Source of the DNA: Minutocellus sp. GHC0000111
Lineage: Eukaryota
Assembly: GCA_977018835.1 (NCBI GenBank)
Contig: OZ361258.1
Span: 1,860,001-1,924,000 of the forward strand
Direction of reading: 5' to 3'
Length of the DNA stretch: 64,000 nucleotides
Below, piece after piece: positions 22,132-34,050 of this stretch. The number at the start of each line of letters is the position of its first letter. Within the stretch, counting starts at the first letter, position 1. Made by a program: the position numbers and the translations under genes. The notes beneath the pieces were generated by a model. It was not told the origin of the DNA. It saw nothing but the letters and a program-made list of their open reading frames with translations, and did no database searches.

Positions 22132-25100
22132 TTAATCGATGCATGAATCTATGTCTATCTCCTTGGCTTTTGCACCCCACTTTCCGTAGTGTTTCTTTGC
22201 TACTTGAAAGATTTGACGTGCCTTGGGGAAGTCAACGTGGGCCTTCCTTTGGAAAAAGGCGTGCAGCTCGCATGCCAAGGCCAGTTCGTGCACAAAGGAG
22301 TGCTCTTCCGCAAGACGTATGGCTTCCTCGTAGAGAGGGCCGGCCTTTTCGTGATCTCTGTCGATGTGAAACGCCGCCTCAACTTTCAATAACGCTAGTC
22401 GGTGGCTAAAATGAGGGCCGTCCCTTGCCCATTTCTCAAAACGTTCGATGGCATCCACTACACGCTGGGAGTAATCAATGCCATCGTCTTTCTCATCAAA
22501 GCAATTTCCAATCATTTCGGCGGAAATTATTCCAATCAAAAAAGACTCTTCGACATCCTGCGAGTTGATTGACTCAAAAACGTGCGACTTGCGGAATTCA
22601 TCACATTTCTTGATGATTGGCTTGGCCTCGTCCCACTTTCGGAAGAAACAGGCAAGCATCAATTGCAAAATGTACTCTCGATACAGAACAATGCCTCCTT
22701 CTTTCGGGCTGGTGGGCCTCCGCCGCCAGCCTGCGGAGGTGTAAGGTTTGTTGGGTCACCCTTGAGGTTGCTATTCTGAAAATTTTGTAGTGCTTGTCGA
22801 TATGGAATCGCCACAGCAATAGCAAAGTGCTTTCTGAGAGTCATTTCCTTCATGTAGCGAGAAAGCTCGTCGGTCAATTTGTCCAGAGGTCGGCCACCGG
22901 TCTGCAGGGCTGTGAACAAATAGAGGTTGGCGCACGTGAGTGCCGACTCCACGTCGCCGCCACGAAGCCCTACCTCTACAGCCATCATTTGCGATTGTAG
23001 GCGCGATTGACTCCCTTCGATGTAGAAGAAGAGATCAGATAGAACCGTGGTACAACGAGGGACCATCGACCGTGCGTTGAGCGCATCTACCAGAGCCAAA
23101 GCCCACTTTCCATGATTAAGAGCTTTCGCTATGGAACCATCTGAGTGGCCGAGGCAATTGCCAAAGACGGCGAGACCATAACAGCTGTCTTTGCAGAGGC
23201 CTGACTCACGTGTTAATTTGACCTGGTAGCAGGCCAAGATATTCATGAGCTTTGGATTTATTACATACGCATATCGAGAAAGCACCGTCATGATGTGCAT
23301 GGCCCCGATACTTTTCTCATCAGCCATGACTCCAAACGCTGTGATGTCGTTATATGATTTGCCAACAAGCAACGCTCTCGTACTACGAAGTGCCGATGTC
23401 ACATCTTTTGGAGATGGATGAAGAGGCAGCTCTATTCCAAGCAAAGATAGCGTCTCTATTCCTGCTTCCATTGCTTGCATCATTTTGCCTTGGGAACCAA
23501 GAGACATGATCATAATTGTATATGCCCGAAGTTTGTCTTCGAGACTTATACCATTCTCGATGACGGCGTTGACTGTTATAAACGATCCTTCGTAGTCACC
23601 TATGGGTGTATCGAAATAAAAATAAGTCGATAAAAAAGAAGATGATGAGAAATTCAGGAGGTTGTGAAGAATCAAATACTAAATAGTATCCCCACAATGT
23701 TACAAACCCACCTGTCATGTGCTGTGCCTCTGCACAGGCAGTGTGTAGGTGTAGATTCAGCTCATAATTATCGTTCTTCCAATCTCCCTCGCTCAGCATA
23801 GACATTCCCTGAAGAAAGTATGCACAAGAAGAAGGAAATGCAGATATCCGTGACGCCTTCTCTCCTGCCATGCGGCATAGCTTGGCATATTCTGCGCGCT
23901 CATCTGGATCTGTAACAAGGTCTGCTCCGCGACGGAGTTGATCGACGACAATATAAATGGAGGCCTCCAATTCGTCGACGGAAGAGTGGGACCAAAGATA
24001 TTTGCCAATATTCAAGTGCACCAGTTTGCGTTCCTCCTGAGGAATTCCATTGTAAATGACCGACTGAACCAAAGAGTGAATGAATTTGAAGCCGTCGGCC
24101 GTTTTGCTTATGATGCCTTCGCGAATGGCCGTCTCGAGGAGTAATGCGGTCGATATGGATTCGTCGGATGCAGCGAGAAAAGTAATGTAGTCCGGAAGAC
24201 AAGCCGCCTTCTTCAGAAAAGACTGCAGCTTTTCGTCAAGACTAAGAATCTTCCTCTTCATTAGAGCAAAACAATCATCCGTGATGGTATCTCGTGATTG
24301 AAGTGCCTTGGCATCCCAACTCCACGAACGATCAGTAGCTGAGTATATGAGCTGTCCTTCCTGCTTCAATGTCTTTAGCAGCTGTAGAACAAACAAGGCA
24401 TTCCCTCCTGTTTCGGCATAGATGATGTCGGAAAGTTCCTTTGTTTTTGTGGCAGTCATTTGTAGTGATCGTCCAACAAGCGTATTCACTTGTTCCGTAT
24501 TCAAATTGGACAGAGAAATATTGAGGATCGCAAGCCTATTCCTTGCAAAGTCTTCAAATGCGTTCTGCAGTGGATGTCCCTGTCCAATCTCTGAATCTCT
24601 GTAGCATCCGAGAATGAAAAAAGAGCCAATGTCCCCATCGGCTGCAAGAGCGCATATAAGATCTAGTACATCCTTCAATGCGCAGTGCAAATCATCAAGG
24701 CAAAGACAAAGTGGATGATCTGGGGAAGCAATCCCTCGCACGAAGAGTCTAAAAAACCACATAAAGCGATTCGACGCAACTGATGCCTCGAAATCATCGG
24801 ATCCATCACTAGCCCGAGAAGATGATCGCGACGGTCCTCCGATCAGATCAAGGAGGTACGGCATTGCATCTCCTAAAACATGGGCATTCTTGCTGCCCAT
24901 CAAGGACTTTAATTGAGATCGAATACGCTCCATGGTTGCCTTTTCTCCGTGTAGAATTTTCCGGCAATGGTCATTGAAGGCATCAAGAAGAACCGACATG
25001 GGCTGCATCTGCGTGTCAAAGGCACATTGAACACAATTTCCACCGGAACGTTTGACGTAAGAACAAAACTCGTCCGTGAGAGAACTTTTGCCCACCCCGC

Positions 25101-27548
25101 TGTTTCCTGATATCAGCACGATTTCTCGTGGCGAGTTGGACTGGCCAATTGACCTCTGATATGCCTCTTGGAGCTGCTTCATTTCTACCTCTCTGCCACA
25201 AAGATAACCTTGGCCCGGTGATGATTCCAACTGATTCCTTGGCGGTGATCCCGACAAAGTGGGAAAAGGTCCGTCGACATTTCCTCGGCCAAAGACAAGA
25301 TATTCGTCCGGCCGGCTTTTGATCAACAGAAGATCCTTCTGAACTTGGGCAACGTCTCGATACCGACCCAGACGAGTCGCAGAGGCGGAAGATTCCTTTG
25401 AGTTATCGCTACCTCCAAAGAATGTATCGCTGACATCCAGCAGCTTCGATATAAGAATGCAGAGAGAAGGAGGAAATCCGAGGTCACGAAGATTGGCGAC
25501 GCTGAGATGGTCCATCTTTTGGCGCCTATTGCTGCCGGCGCTGCCGCAGCTAGCCTCGTCCTCTCCCCCTACGGAAGTTCCAAGCGAGTTGCGCCGTTGC
25601 TTTGCAGCGGCGGCCAGAGGCGACGTTGCCAGGTGACGGCAAAGGATCCGACCAAGTCCCAAAAGATCGGAACGTATGGATTCCTCCCTTCCCCTCGATT
25701 CCGAGGCGGAAGAGTCTGCCTTTCTGCCGAGAGCAGCATCAATCTGCGCATCGGTGCAAGTGCACGGTTGGTGAGAAGACCGATGGCACTGTCGAGTGAA
25801 AAGGTCCCGGCAGCGTCCATGTCGACGGCATCTACAAGAATCCCGCATCGATTGGCACCGGTATCAGTGCCGTTGTACGCCAAGCCCAGGGCCGATGTTA
25901 GCATCAGCACTGAATCCACAAACTGAAGAAGATATGCCTTGCTCTCCAGTACATTGCCGGCATCGTTCGGAGATGCTGCGTCTGTCGCCGATACGGAGGA
26001 TGGCCGGTGTTCCGCTCGTTGCTTGGCGTTGGCATTGCCTGTGGCAGGTGGATGCTGCGCCGAGGCAGCATCACCGCCTTCGGAGACAGCCAGGGCCGAA
26101 GACGTCGTCGAGAGGGCGGTCGCCGCGGCCGCCTGCATCTGCAGATGCAGCATCCGCTGGGCAATCTGCTGCTGCTGGATCTGAAGCTGCCGGTGCTGCT
26201 GCTGCAGCAACAATTGCTCGGCGTTGATGCTGTTGGCGGTAGAAGCGCCGACCTGACCAGGGCCGATGGCGATGCCCCCTCCAATACCAGGTGTAGAACT
26301 ACCGAGGAGGGCTGCCGCCGCGGTGGCGGCAGCGTTGGGATCGGCCGACAGGATGGGCAGAGGCGTTCCTCCCGCCAATGCCAACGGGCTGACGCTGGGA
26401 GCGACCGAAGGTCCTCCTCCTCCTCCAGCAAGGCCACCGAGACCTGTCAATCCAAGCTGACCCAGTGATCCCAGTCCGAGGCCAAGCCCAAGTCCTGGAG
26501 ATCCGGCCAAGTTGAGGGCCATGGCGGCCGCGGCCGGGGGCAGACCGGGCATCACATTGTGGGAAGGATGCGGATGCTGCTGCTGATGAGCAAGGCCCAC
26601 GGCGGCGACAGGGGGAGGAGGTGGTGGGAGGGAGGGCATCTGCTGTTCCGCCCCCATCGGTGGCATCTGCGGCTCGGGCAGCGGAGGCATATCGTCCTCC
26701 TGGTCAGTATGATGTGCAGCACCAGCACCACCCTTCTTCGTCTTGGACTTTCTCTTCCTCTTCTTCTTTCCGGCGCCGTCGACCTTACTGCTAGCATCTC
26801 CTCCTCCTGCTCCTCCTCCTCCTCCTACGTCACTGCCTCCCACTCCTCCCATTAGCTGCAGCTGCCGCTCCCGCTCCGCCAGGGCGGCCGCCTCGACCAT
26901 CCTGGCGTCGTCGGCGAACCGGATGCCCTCCCCGCCGCCGCCCTTGACCTTGCCCCCGTCGTGGATGACGTCGACCATGCCCATGTCCCGACAGCTGGTG
27001 ATCCAATACTCCTTGCCTCCTATGGACTTGCCACCACCACCACCACCATTGCCGCCACTGGATGCCTTCTGCTTCTGCCTCCTACGAAACTCCTCCCGCA
27101 CATTTTCACTAATGTTGGGACACGTAAAAAAGTGATACCGCTGAAAGTTCCTCACCGATTGATGGATGATCCGGATCGATTTGGGATACGTCACGGCCCC
27201 CTTGGACCGTTGGTCGGGTGGCAGGTACGTGGTCGTTCCACCGGTGGGATCGCAGCACCATTTGCATCGGAGTCCCACCCGGCCGAGGTTGGGGGGGCTG
27301 GCGGTCCCGCCTATCCGTCGTCGTTCGTCAATGTCGGTTTGGGTGGCGGTGAAGACCTGGATTTGGGAGCGGAGGTGGCACATGGCGGGGCTGAGGTGGG
27401 CCGCGTCGATGGACGGTGGGGACGAGGCCAGGAGGCAGACGCGTTGCGGTGGTTGGTGTTGCGGTGCAATGGCGGAGGTAGCAGCAGAAGCGGAAGCGGC
27501 ATGTGACGTGCTCATTCTTTGGGTTTGTTTGGTTTTCGAAACTCGCAA
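22132..27548 (-). CDS. STAND-class (AAA_16) P-loop ATPase with TPR-like C-terminus and diatom-specific CxxC N-terminal domain; intron 23600-23711, frameshifts ~25760 and ~22720
   Basis: LCGREVEMKQL, Walker A SGNSGVGKS, Walker B LCLDDLH, ILGCYRDSE, ETGGNALFV and FKFIHSLVQ, followed by helical repeats. N-terminal domain GRVGLRCKWC...YP...RYHFFTCP...YW. The GT-AG intron restores HMTG|DYEG. Confidence 0.8.
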
Positions 27549-28502
27549 TTCAATTCACTTCCAAGATCAATTAGCTGCTGATGCCTCGTTCAATGGCTGG
27601 TTGCCCTTTCGTCTCTTTGCCTGACACCCGATATTTGCTTTGCCGATCGATATTATGACCCGACTTGTTCTTCCAAAATACATGGCGAGGTAGAAAGGTT
27701 ATCTCTGTTATTCTTCTCAGATAGCAAAGAAGATTCCGACGTCCCCAAAAGGGTGAGAAATTGCAGAACAAAAATCGCTTACAAAAGTAGGCAACGACTT
27801 TTCCCTGGATGACTGAATCTACATACATGCAAGCCGGGCCGGTATTCCTTGCTCGCGACCAAGATCGAAAGGCAGTGCCTGCTGTGGGGCGGGTCGCTTG
27901 CGGTCGGGCTAGGGCGGTCCGGCCAACTTCCGAATCACGCAAATGAAATGCGATGCCTAGGTACCAGTACGGAGCGAAGGCAAGATACAGACCCGAGAGG
28001 TGCCAAGCAAGCGAAACACGCGACAGGGCAAAGGGTGTGTTGCTTCGAACTCGTGCCTCGCTTGTGTTTGTGGGTTCCCTTCCGAGATTTGTGTGAGGCG
28101 GCCTGCTGCATGCATGATGAGGTCAGTTGGTACCGCCTGTGACCGTCATCTTTCCATCCAGGAGCTTCGTCGATGTGACACAAGAGGTAGTTTCGAGGAA
28201 TAGGCAGTCTGCGTTTAGCGCACGATGAAGTCAGAAACGGTGATCAAAGAAAGGCCTCTTGAAACAAGTTGACTTTTCTCGAAAGGCCTCTCGAAACATT
28301 TATCCCCACGCACAGTCCAATAGTCTCATTGATCACGAGTGATCAAGACCAAGACCAAATCGCCCTTATTTCCATAATTTATTGCACGGGCTGGCATGAA
28401 AGACAGTCTCTGGAGCTTGACAGTATCCTTCCTCGTGGCAGAATAATCCATTCCATTGGCACGAAAAGCATTCTTCCTCCCTACTGAACCAATAACAATA
28501 GC

Positions 28503-29090
28503 ATGAACTCCACAACTGAGCAACCAACAGCCACAGCAGCAGCAGCAATGTCAACCCGTCGCCATACATTCCCTCCGGCTACTTCCACTCCGGTCCGTCG
28601 TCGCCGGTCTCTCCTCCGTCGACAAGCCAGCCGTCGCAACATCTTTGAACAGCGAGGTGTAATGTGGCCGGAAAAGGAAGAGCCAGATGCCAGCCAAAGT
28701 TCTCCCGCGTTGCTCTGCACAAATTACAACAGCGACGACGAGACCGTCTTGCACAGCAACCTCGTCCCACTCAACGACGTCCACAACGACAAGAACACCG
28801 CAAACGCCTACCACAACTCCTTCAGCAGCACCGAAGGCAGCATATCCGATCTGTCCACCCTCATCGCCGTGGAGGGTGAGCGATCCAAATCCAAGGACAT
28901 GGACGACCTGAGCAAGACCCTGGACATCCTCGAGATATCCTTCCGCTCATCGTCCAAAACCAGCAGCCGCCGTCGTCTCAGCACCTCCGAGGTGGAGATG
29001 TTCCTCGATGCCAATGGTGCCGACATGGCAGTGCCGAGGCGTGGCAAGCTAAGCCGAGCGAAGAACAGCAAGGCCGCCAGAACTGCCTAG
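28503..29090 (+). CDS. Hypothetical Ser/Arg-rich protein
   Basis: 195-aa ORF with coding-like codon use and an AT-rich 3' region. Confidence 0.55.
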   Translation: MNSTTEQPTATAAAAMSTRRHTFPPATSTPVRRRRSLLRRQASRRNIFEQRGVMWPEKEEPDASQSSPALLCTNYNSDDETVLHSNLVPLNDVHNDKNTANAYHNSFSSTEGSISDLSTLIAVEGERSKSKDMDDLSKTLDILEISFRSSSKTSSRRRLSTSEVEMFLDANGADMAVPRRGKLSRAKNSKAARTA

Positions 29091-29495
29091 AATAGTCATG
29101 CCATGCACCCGTTGTTGAGAATATGGATATGGATACATCAACACAGCAAGTCAACCCGCCCGCAATGCACATGTCAAAAACCTTACTTCTGTAACATTTA
29201 AATAGAATAAAGAATAAACCACTTTACACGAAATCTTTCCATGAATAACGTGCTACAATAGAAAGGCTTTGTCTAAGTGCGCATTCCTACCAAAATGGCT
29301 GCAAAACGTTTTAGTTTAAGAGTCTATCAATGCCTCGGTTAGAGGGATATCGGCGTGCCGACATACGAGCTAGGCTCAAGTCAGAGAATAGATCTCCTAC
29401 CGAACAGACCCCACAATTGGGGTAAGCAGGGACACTTTGAGGGGCACTAGAGAGAAGTCATGCCAAAAATGCACCATACCGGTAAACCGGCTGGG

Positions 29496-30461
29496 TTAAA
29501 AAGGCATCAGGAAACCTGGTTTGACATCAAAGTGGTGTAGAAACGTTAGGCGATATCGGATTCCACGTTCAAAGGGAGTATCAATACGTTCGAGGGCAGA
29601 GACGTTGTCGCATACGATAGTGATGTGGATGGGACAGGATGGATCGGCCTTATCAAACCATTCTGCGATGAGATCGAGTAGAATCAAAGCACCAAGGAGA
29701 CCACTCAGCTCAGCTCGAAAGGAAGAAAGAGTAAGAGGATCAGCATCGACAGGGCCGGCGGATTTAATTGGACGATCGGGGTAGCGAGTATCAACAATGA
29801 GGAAAGCATGTGCACCCATGCGATGACGGACACCGGCGTCACTGACAATTTCAATGTACCCATGACGGAGGTGATGTGCAATGAGGGCAATGTTTTCATC
29901 TGTGAGATCAATTGTGCCGATTATGTGTTGCTTCCATTCAGGTTGGGACAAAACAAAATCACGGAAGGTGTGGAACTCAGAAGATATGGCCTGGGACAGA
30001 GGGCGGGGTCGGCGACGGATCTGAACACTGTCAAGGATGTATTGGTCGGTGGTAGCAGGGAGAGAGTCCTCAGGTAAGGAGTCAGCAGGGTCGGAACATC
30101 GTGCGTAGGTGCCATCACCACGGTATGCATCACGGAATTGCACAATGTTGCCATCAGGTTCGATGTGATAGGCACGCTTCTCGGTAGAGGAATAATACCA
30201 TTCGTGAGTCACGTGGTGGGAGGGGTAGTAATAGCTACCTAAGCGTGAAGTGCGGGATAACTTCATCGATGTTGACATCCGATGGGTGCGAGACGAATTG
30301 GGGCTAAAGAGGCGTTTCAACCATCGTCGCCATGTACGCCAGCATCGGGATGGTGGTCGAGGAAGATCCGGCCATTGCCATTTACTATCGAGACGTTGTT
30401 GGCCATCAAGGTACATGTACACAGATTCGATGAAACGGCCATTTGCACTTGACATACACAT
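29496..30461 (-). mobile_element. Internal fragment of a non-LTR retrotransposon (Ambal-like) with RNase H domain
   Basis: WQWP...P...CWRTWRRWL, then RNase H motifs IVSDAGV, SSFRAELSGL and IVCDNVSAL. There is no RT domain, and the fragment is truncated at both ends. Confidence 0.8.
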
Positions 30462-30753
30462 CCTTGGCCTTCGCCTTGAAGTGGTTGTTCGCGGGTGCCA
30501 GAGTAGCTCTCCGATGAGAGGCCATGAGCAGTCTGGACGCGGTGAGTGGCGTCGCGCTTAATAAGGACATTTGCGCGTACCATGCTAGCAGGAGCACCAG
30601 CGCGACGAGCAAGAAGGGCGGCGACCGGAAGCAAAATGCGATAAAAACACTTAGAGGCGTCGTAGTTCGCAATGATGGCATTAATGAGAGCAGATTTCTA
30701 CCAAAATATAAGGTCTACGCAAACTTATTGAAAGATTTTCTCGAGCTTACACT

Positions 30754-31764
30754 CTACCTTCTCGTCAGCTTCTTGAGAGGGATCGTGTACGTAGGGATGG
30801 CTCTGGAGAGCTTGCTCTGGTCCTCTGGATTCTGAGACTTGGCCCATCTTGGCACGAGGTCACTGGCGAGCCATATCCGCTCCTCTAATGTAGTATGCCT
30901 GCCCTGAGCACGATTTCGATGGGGGTATCTCCCAAACTTGGCAATGACCTGAGCATGTTCCAGAAAGGCAACTGATAAACGCTTCGAAAATTCCAGACGC
31001 TTGACAATTTCATAATCGGTATAGCCCTCGTCGATCACGGCAACGGTACTAAGAAGTGAAAGTAGAAGACTTACACCAAGCTTTTGGTCCTCCCAATCCT
31101 CCGAATGCTCCAAAGGTAACAGAAGAACGAATTGGTTCAGCGTTGACTTGTATGCCGTCTCGAAATAGCCACGCTCGAGCGCAACTTTTGTGGCTCTCTC
31201 GGCGAGCTCATCCCAGGCAAAGGCTCGAGGCGTTCCGCGAAAAGCAGACCGACTGATTTGATCAAACAGAGCAATCTGAGCCAAAATTCCCCAAGGAGAT
31301 TCCCATTCCGGATCTCCTGTAACATCCCATTTCTCGGGATCGACGGTCAGCAAGAGTGGCGAGAGACGCTTCACCATCTCGTCATCTTGATCTTCCTGTC
31401 TGCCAAAGCCCCATCTTTTCATGTTCTTTCGCCAATTGTCCAAATCAGACATATCCCATCCACTTTCATCCTCGCAGCCATAGAAATCATTCAATATGCT
31501 GGAAATATTGAGAGTTCCAGCGACATCCTTGAATCTGTTCACTAGTGCAGATAGTTGAATCAGGTTGGGTCCTCTTGCCGTCCGTCCAAGAGAATCGAAT
31601 GCTTCAAGTGAATCCTTGATTTCGTTTGCCAATGAAAAACGATAAAATAAGTTCTCGTCCTTGAATGCATGTTCGCGAAGAACATGGTGGATCAAACCAG
31701 CCTCAGTCAGAGCATTCAGCTGCAGTGTCGCATCTGACCTCGATTCGGCGAGGCCAAAATGGCG
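30754..31764 (-). CDS. DEP domain + DUF924 protein (3' part)
   Basis: DEP-like LIHHVLREHAFKDENLFYRF; DUF924 motifs LFDQISRSAFRGTPRAFAWD, LPLEHSE and HAQVIAKFGRYPHRN...GR.TT.EE. Confidence 0.8.
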   Translation of the reverse strand, partial: RHFGLAESRSDATLQLNALTEAGLIHHVLREHAFKDENLFYRFSLANEIKDSLEAFDSLGRTARGPNLIQLSALVNRFKDVAGTLNISSILNDFYGCEDESGWDMSDLDNWRKNMKRWGFGRQEDQDDEMVKRLSPLLLTVDPEKWDVTGDPEWESPWGILAQIALFDQISRSAFRGTPRAFAWDELAERATKVALERGYFETAYKSTLNQFVLLLPLEHSEDWEDQKLGVSLLLSLLSTVAVIDEGYTDYEIVKRLEFSKRLSVAFLEHAQVIAKFGRYPHRNRAQGRHTTLEERIWLASDLVPRWAKSQNPEDQSKLSRAIPTYTIPLKKLTRR

Positions 31765-33081
31765 GGTTGGCTTCTGTTCCTCTGTCAGATCATCGCACCG
31801 CTTGTAGAAGGCCGCTGCACAAATCCGGACAAGTCTAGCCAATACCAGCGACACGTGCCCGCCGAACGCCCCCTCGTACATGTGTGATTCATCGATGACA
31901 ACATGTCGGACCTTGGCCAGAAATGGTGCATATGTCCTCTTCCAGTTGGGCAGTATCGCTGCATGAATGGTATCGGGGTTTGTCAGGATAATGTTGCTGT
32001 TCTTGACGATATCGGCTCTGCTGGAATGCGGTGTGTCACCATCAATGACGCCAACTCGGATGTGATCCACAAGCAATGGATGAGAATTGATCAAACCCAT
32101 AAGCTTTGTGTATTGGTCCTGAGCGAGAGCTTTCGTCGGAAACATGATGATGGCCGCTGCCCCGCCAACCACTTCATCGTTACTAGACGAAAAAGCCGAG
32201 GCGGTGACGGCATCAATGTCGGTCTTCATTACCATTGAAAGCACGGGCAGAAGGAAGCAGAGACTTTTTCCCGAGCCAGTGCCCGTGCAAATGGTGGTAT
32301 GGTGGCCGTTGAGGATGGATTCTACCGCTGCGGCTTGGTGACAGTACAGTCGCCTCCGCGTTTGACTTTGTGCGTGGACAGGAGCGTCTTCTGGATCGAT
32401 ATCAAGTCCCAGGGCCTCGGCCAATGCCGAAGGGATGAGCTGTCGAGTTCCCTCCGACAAAGTGCCGTATCGAACCTCCCGAGCTGGCTTACATCCGGCA
32501 TATACCGTCTGACCGGGCAGCATGAGCGGTTCCTTGCTGTTACCATCACCGCCTGTCTTCGTATCTTTGATCCCCATGAGATTTCGGTAACAATTGAGAG
32601 CGTCCTTTGCCTCGGGACTATCGTTGTGCCTGTTAGCTGGATCATTGGCCACAACGTGGCCCTCGCTGACATCATCTTTGCTTACATCTGCCGAAGCTTT
32701 CCCCGGCTCAACGTTGGATTCCACCGTGGCATTGGCGCCTGCTGCTTTTCTTTGCCTCTTCTTTGTTGCTGACTTTGACTTTGCCTTTGCCTTGATTGTC
32801 GTATTATCTGCTTGTTTTCCCTTCTTCTTCTGCTTCTCCTCGGCCTTCAGACTCTTCCGCAATGCCGCCATTCGTTTCTTCGCGCCCGTCTTGGTAGCGC
32901 CGTGCAGCCCTCTGCCATCGGCGGATGATTTGGTGGAACCCTTGGCAGCCGCAGCTGCCGCCGCCGCTATGAATTCTCCGTTGAAATGTCCCGGCTTGGG
33001 AAAGAAGCCTACCAGCAGCTGGTTCTGGCCTGGCTCGTTCGTTTGCATGGGTCGATCATCGCCGGAGATGTTAAGTGCCAA
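31765..33081 (-). CDS. Hrq1/YprA-like DEAH helicase, N-terminal RecA domain only, fused in frame to the DEP-DUF924 part
   Basis: Q motif LYCHQAAA, motif I TGTGSGKS, Ia FPTKALAQDQ, Ib TNPD and II DESH are present. Motif III, HelicC and the Zn domain are missing. Confidence 0.8.
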
Positions 33082-33495
33082 GTCGTACCGCCTATAAACT
33101 TCATCTTCGTCAAATATGCGATACCCCCCAACACAATCCTACCATTCGATCGTCGTGCACCAAATGAAGTTGCAGCAGCAATTGAATCTGCCCCAAATCG
33201 ACAAATCAGGAGCCCACCACCCGGAACTGAGGGACTAAGATCTGGCAAGGAATGGGCATTGCATGCATCGGACGAAGAAAAGACTCTTGCTGGGCTATAT
33301 GATTTGCTGATGGTTGCAGGTGCAGAATGTGCTCATGAGTGTCATTGCAGGCGCATGGTTGTGGCAGGTGCTCTCGAATGAACTTTTCATTTCAGAATGC
33401 TGCATATGCATGCATGTGAGAGCTCCGGCACGCCACACAAAAATGTAGTGAATAAATACTTATTTTGATTAATACTATAGCAGCAATTTGCTTAG

Positions 33496-33990
33496 CTAGC
33501 TGACGACCTCCTCACCCAAGACAAATAACACCGCGTAATCGAGCTTATCACAACTCGGATTCGAAAGTCTTGGCATTTCAGCCCCTGGCTTGACAGGAAA
33601 TACCTTTTGATCATCGGCAGATGGAACGCACGAGCCACTTCCCGAGGCGGGGGTATACTTGGCCGAACGGCAGGGCAGATGCGTCACATCGTACAAACTT
33701 CCTTTAGCAAGCTCCCACCGTCCATCTTGAAACACCGTGAGTACCGTGGTGACCTCACGATCTCCCGTGACGACATATCTTTTGTAGGGCAGCGATTCCT
33801 TGGTTGATTTGCTCAGACTCGTGCGGGGTAAATCTCCGGGGCTGGGCATGACCAGCCCATGCTCCTCTATCCAGATGGCATCCTTATCCAACGTCCATCC
33901 TCCAGGGGCAACATTGTTCTTGAGCTTGCGATCGTAGTCTCTCAGATAGAAGCCTCGAGGGCCTGGGTCGTCGCGCCACAAGCCCCACTG
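33496..33990 (-). CDS. 3' part of a conserved algal hypothetical protein
   Basis: WRDDPGPRG, WIEEHGLVMPSP, YVVTGDREVTTVLTV, LYDVTHLPCRSAKY and DYAVLFV read as an ordered domain; the 5' end is missing. Confidence 0.6.
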   Translation of the reverse strand, partial: QWGLWRDDPGPRGFYLRDYDRKLKNNVAPGGWTLDKDAIWIEEHGLVMPSPGDLPRTSLSKSTKESLPYKRYVVTGDREVTTVLTVFQDGRWELAKGSLYDVTHLPCRSAKYTPASGSGSCVPSADDQKVFPVKPGAEMPRLSNPSCDKLDYAVLFVLGEEVVS

Positions 33991-34050
33991 ATCGGCCCCG
34001 GTACCAGAGGATGCCTAGGGATCACCCAGTGCAGCAATAAACAGCAGTAC

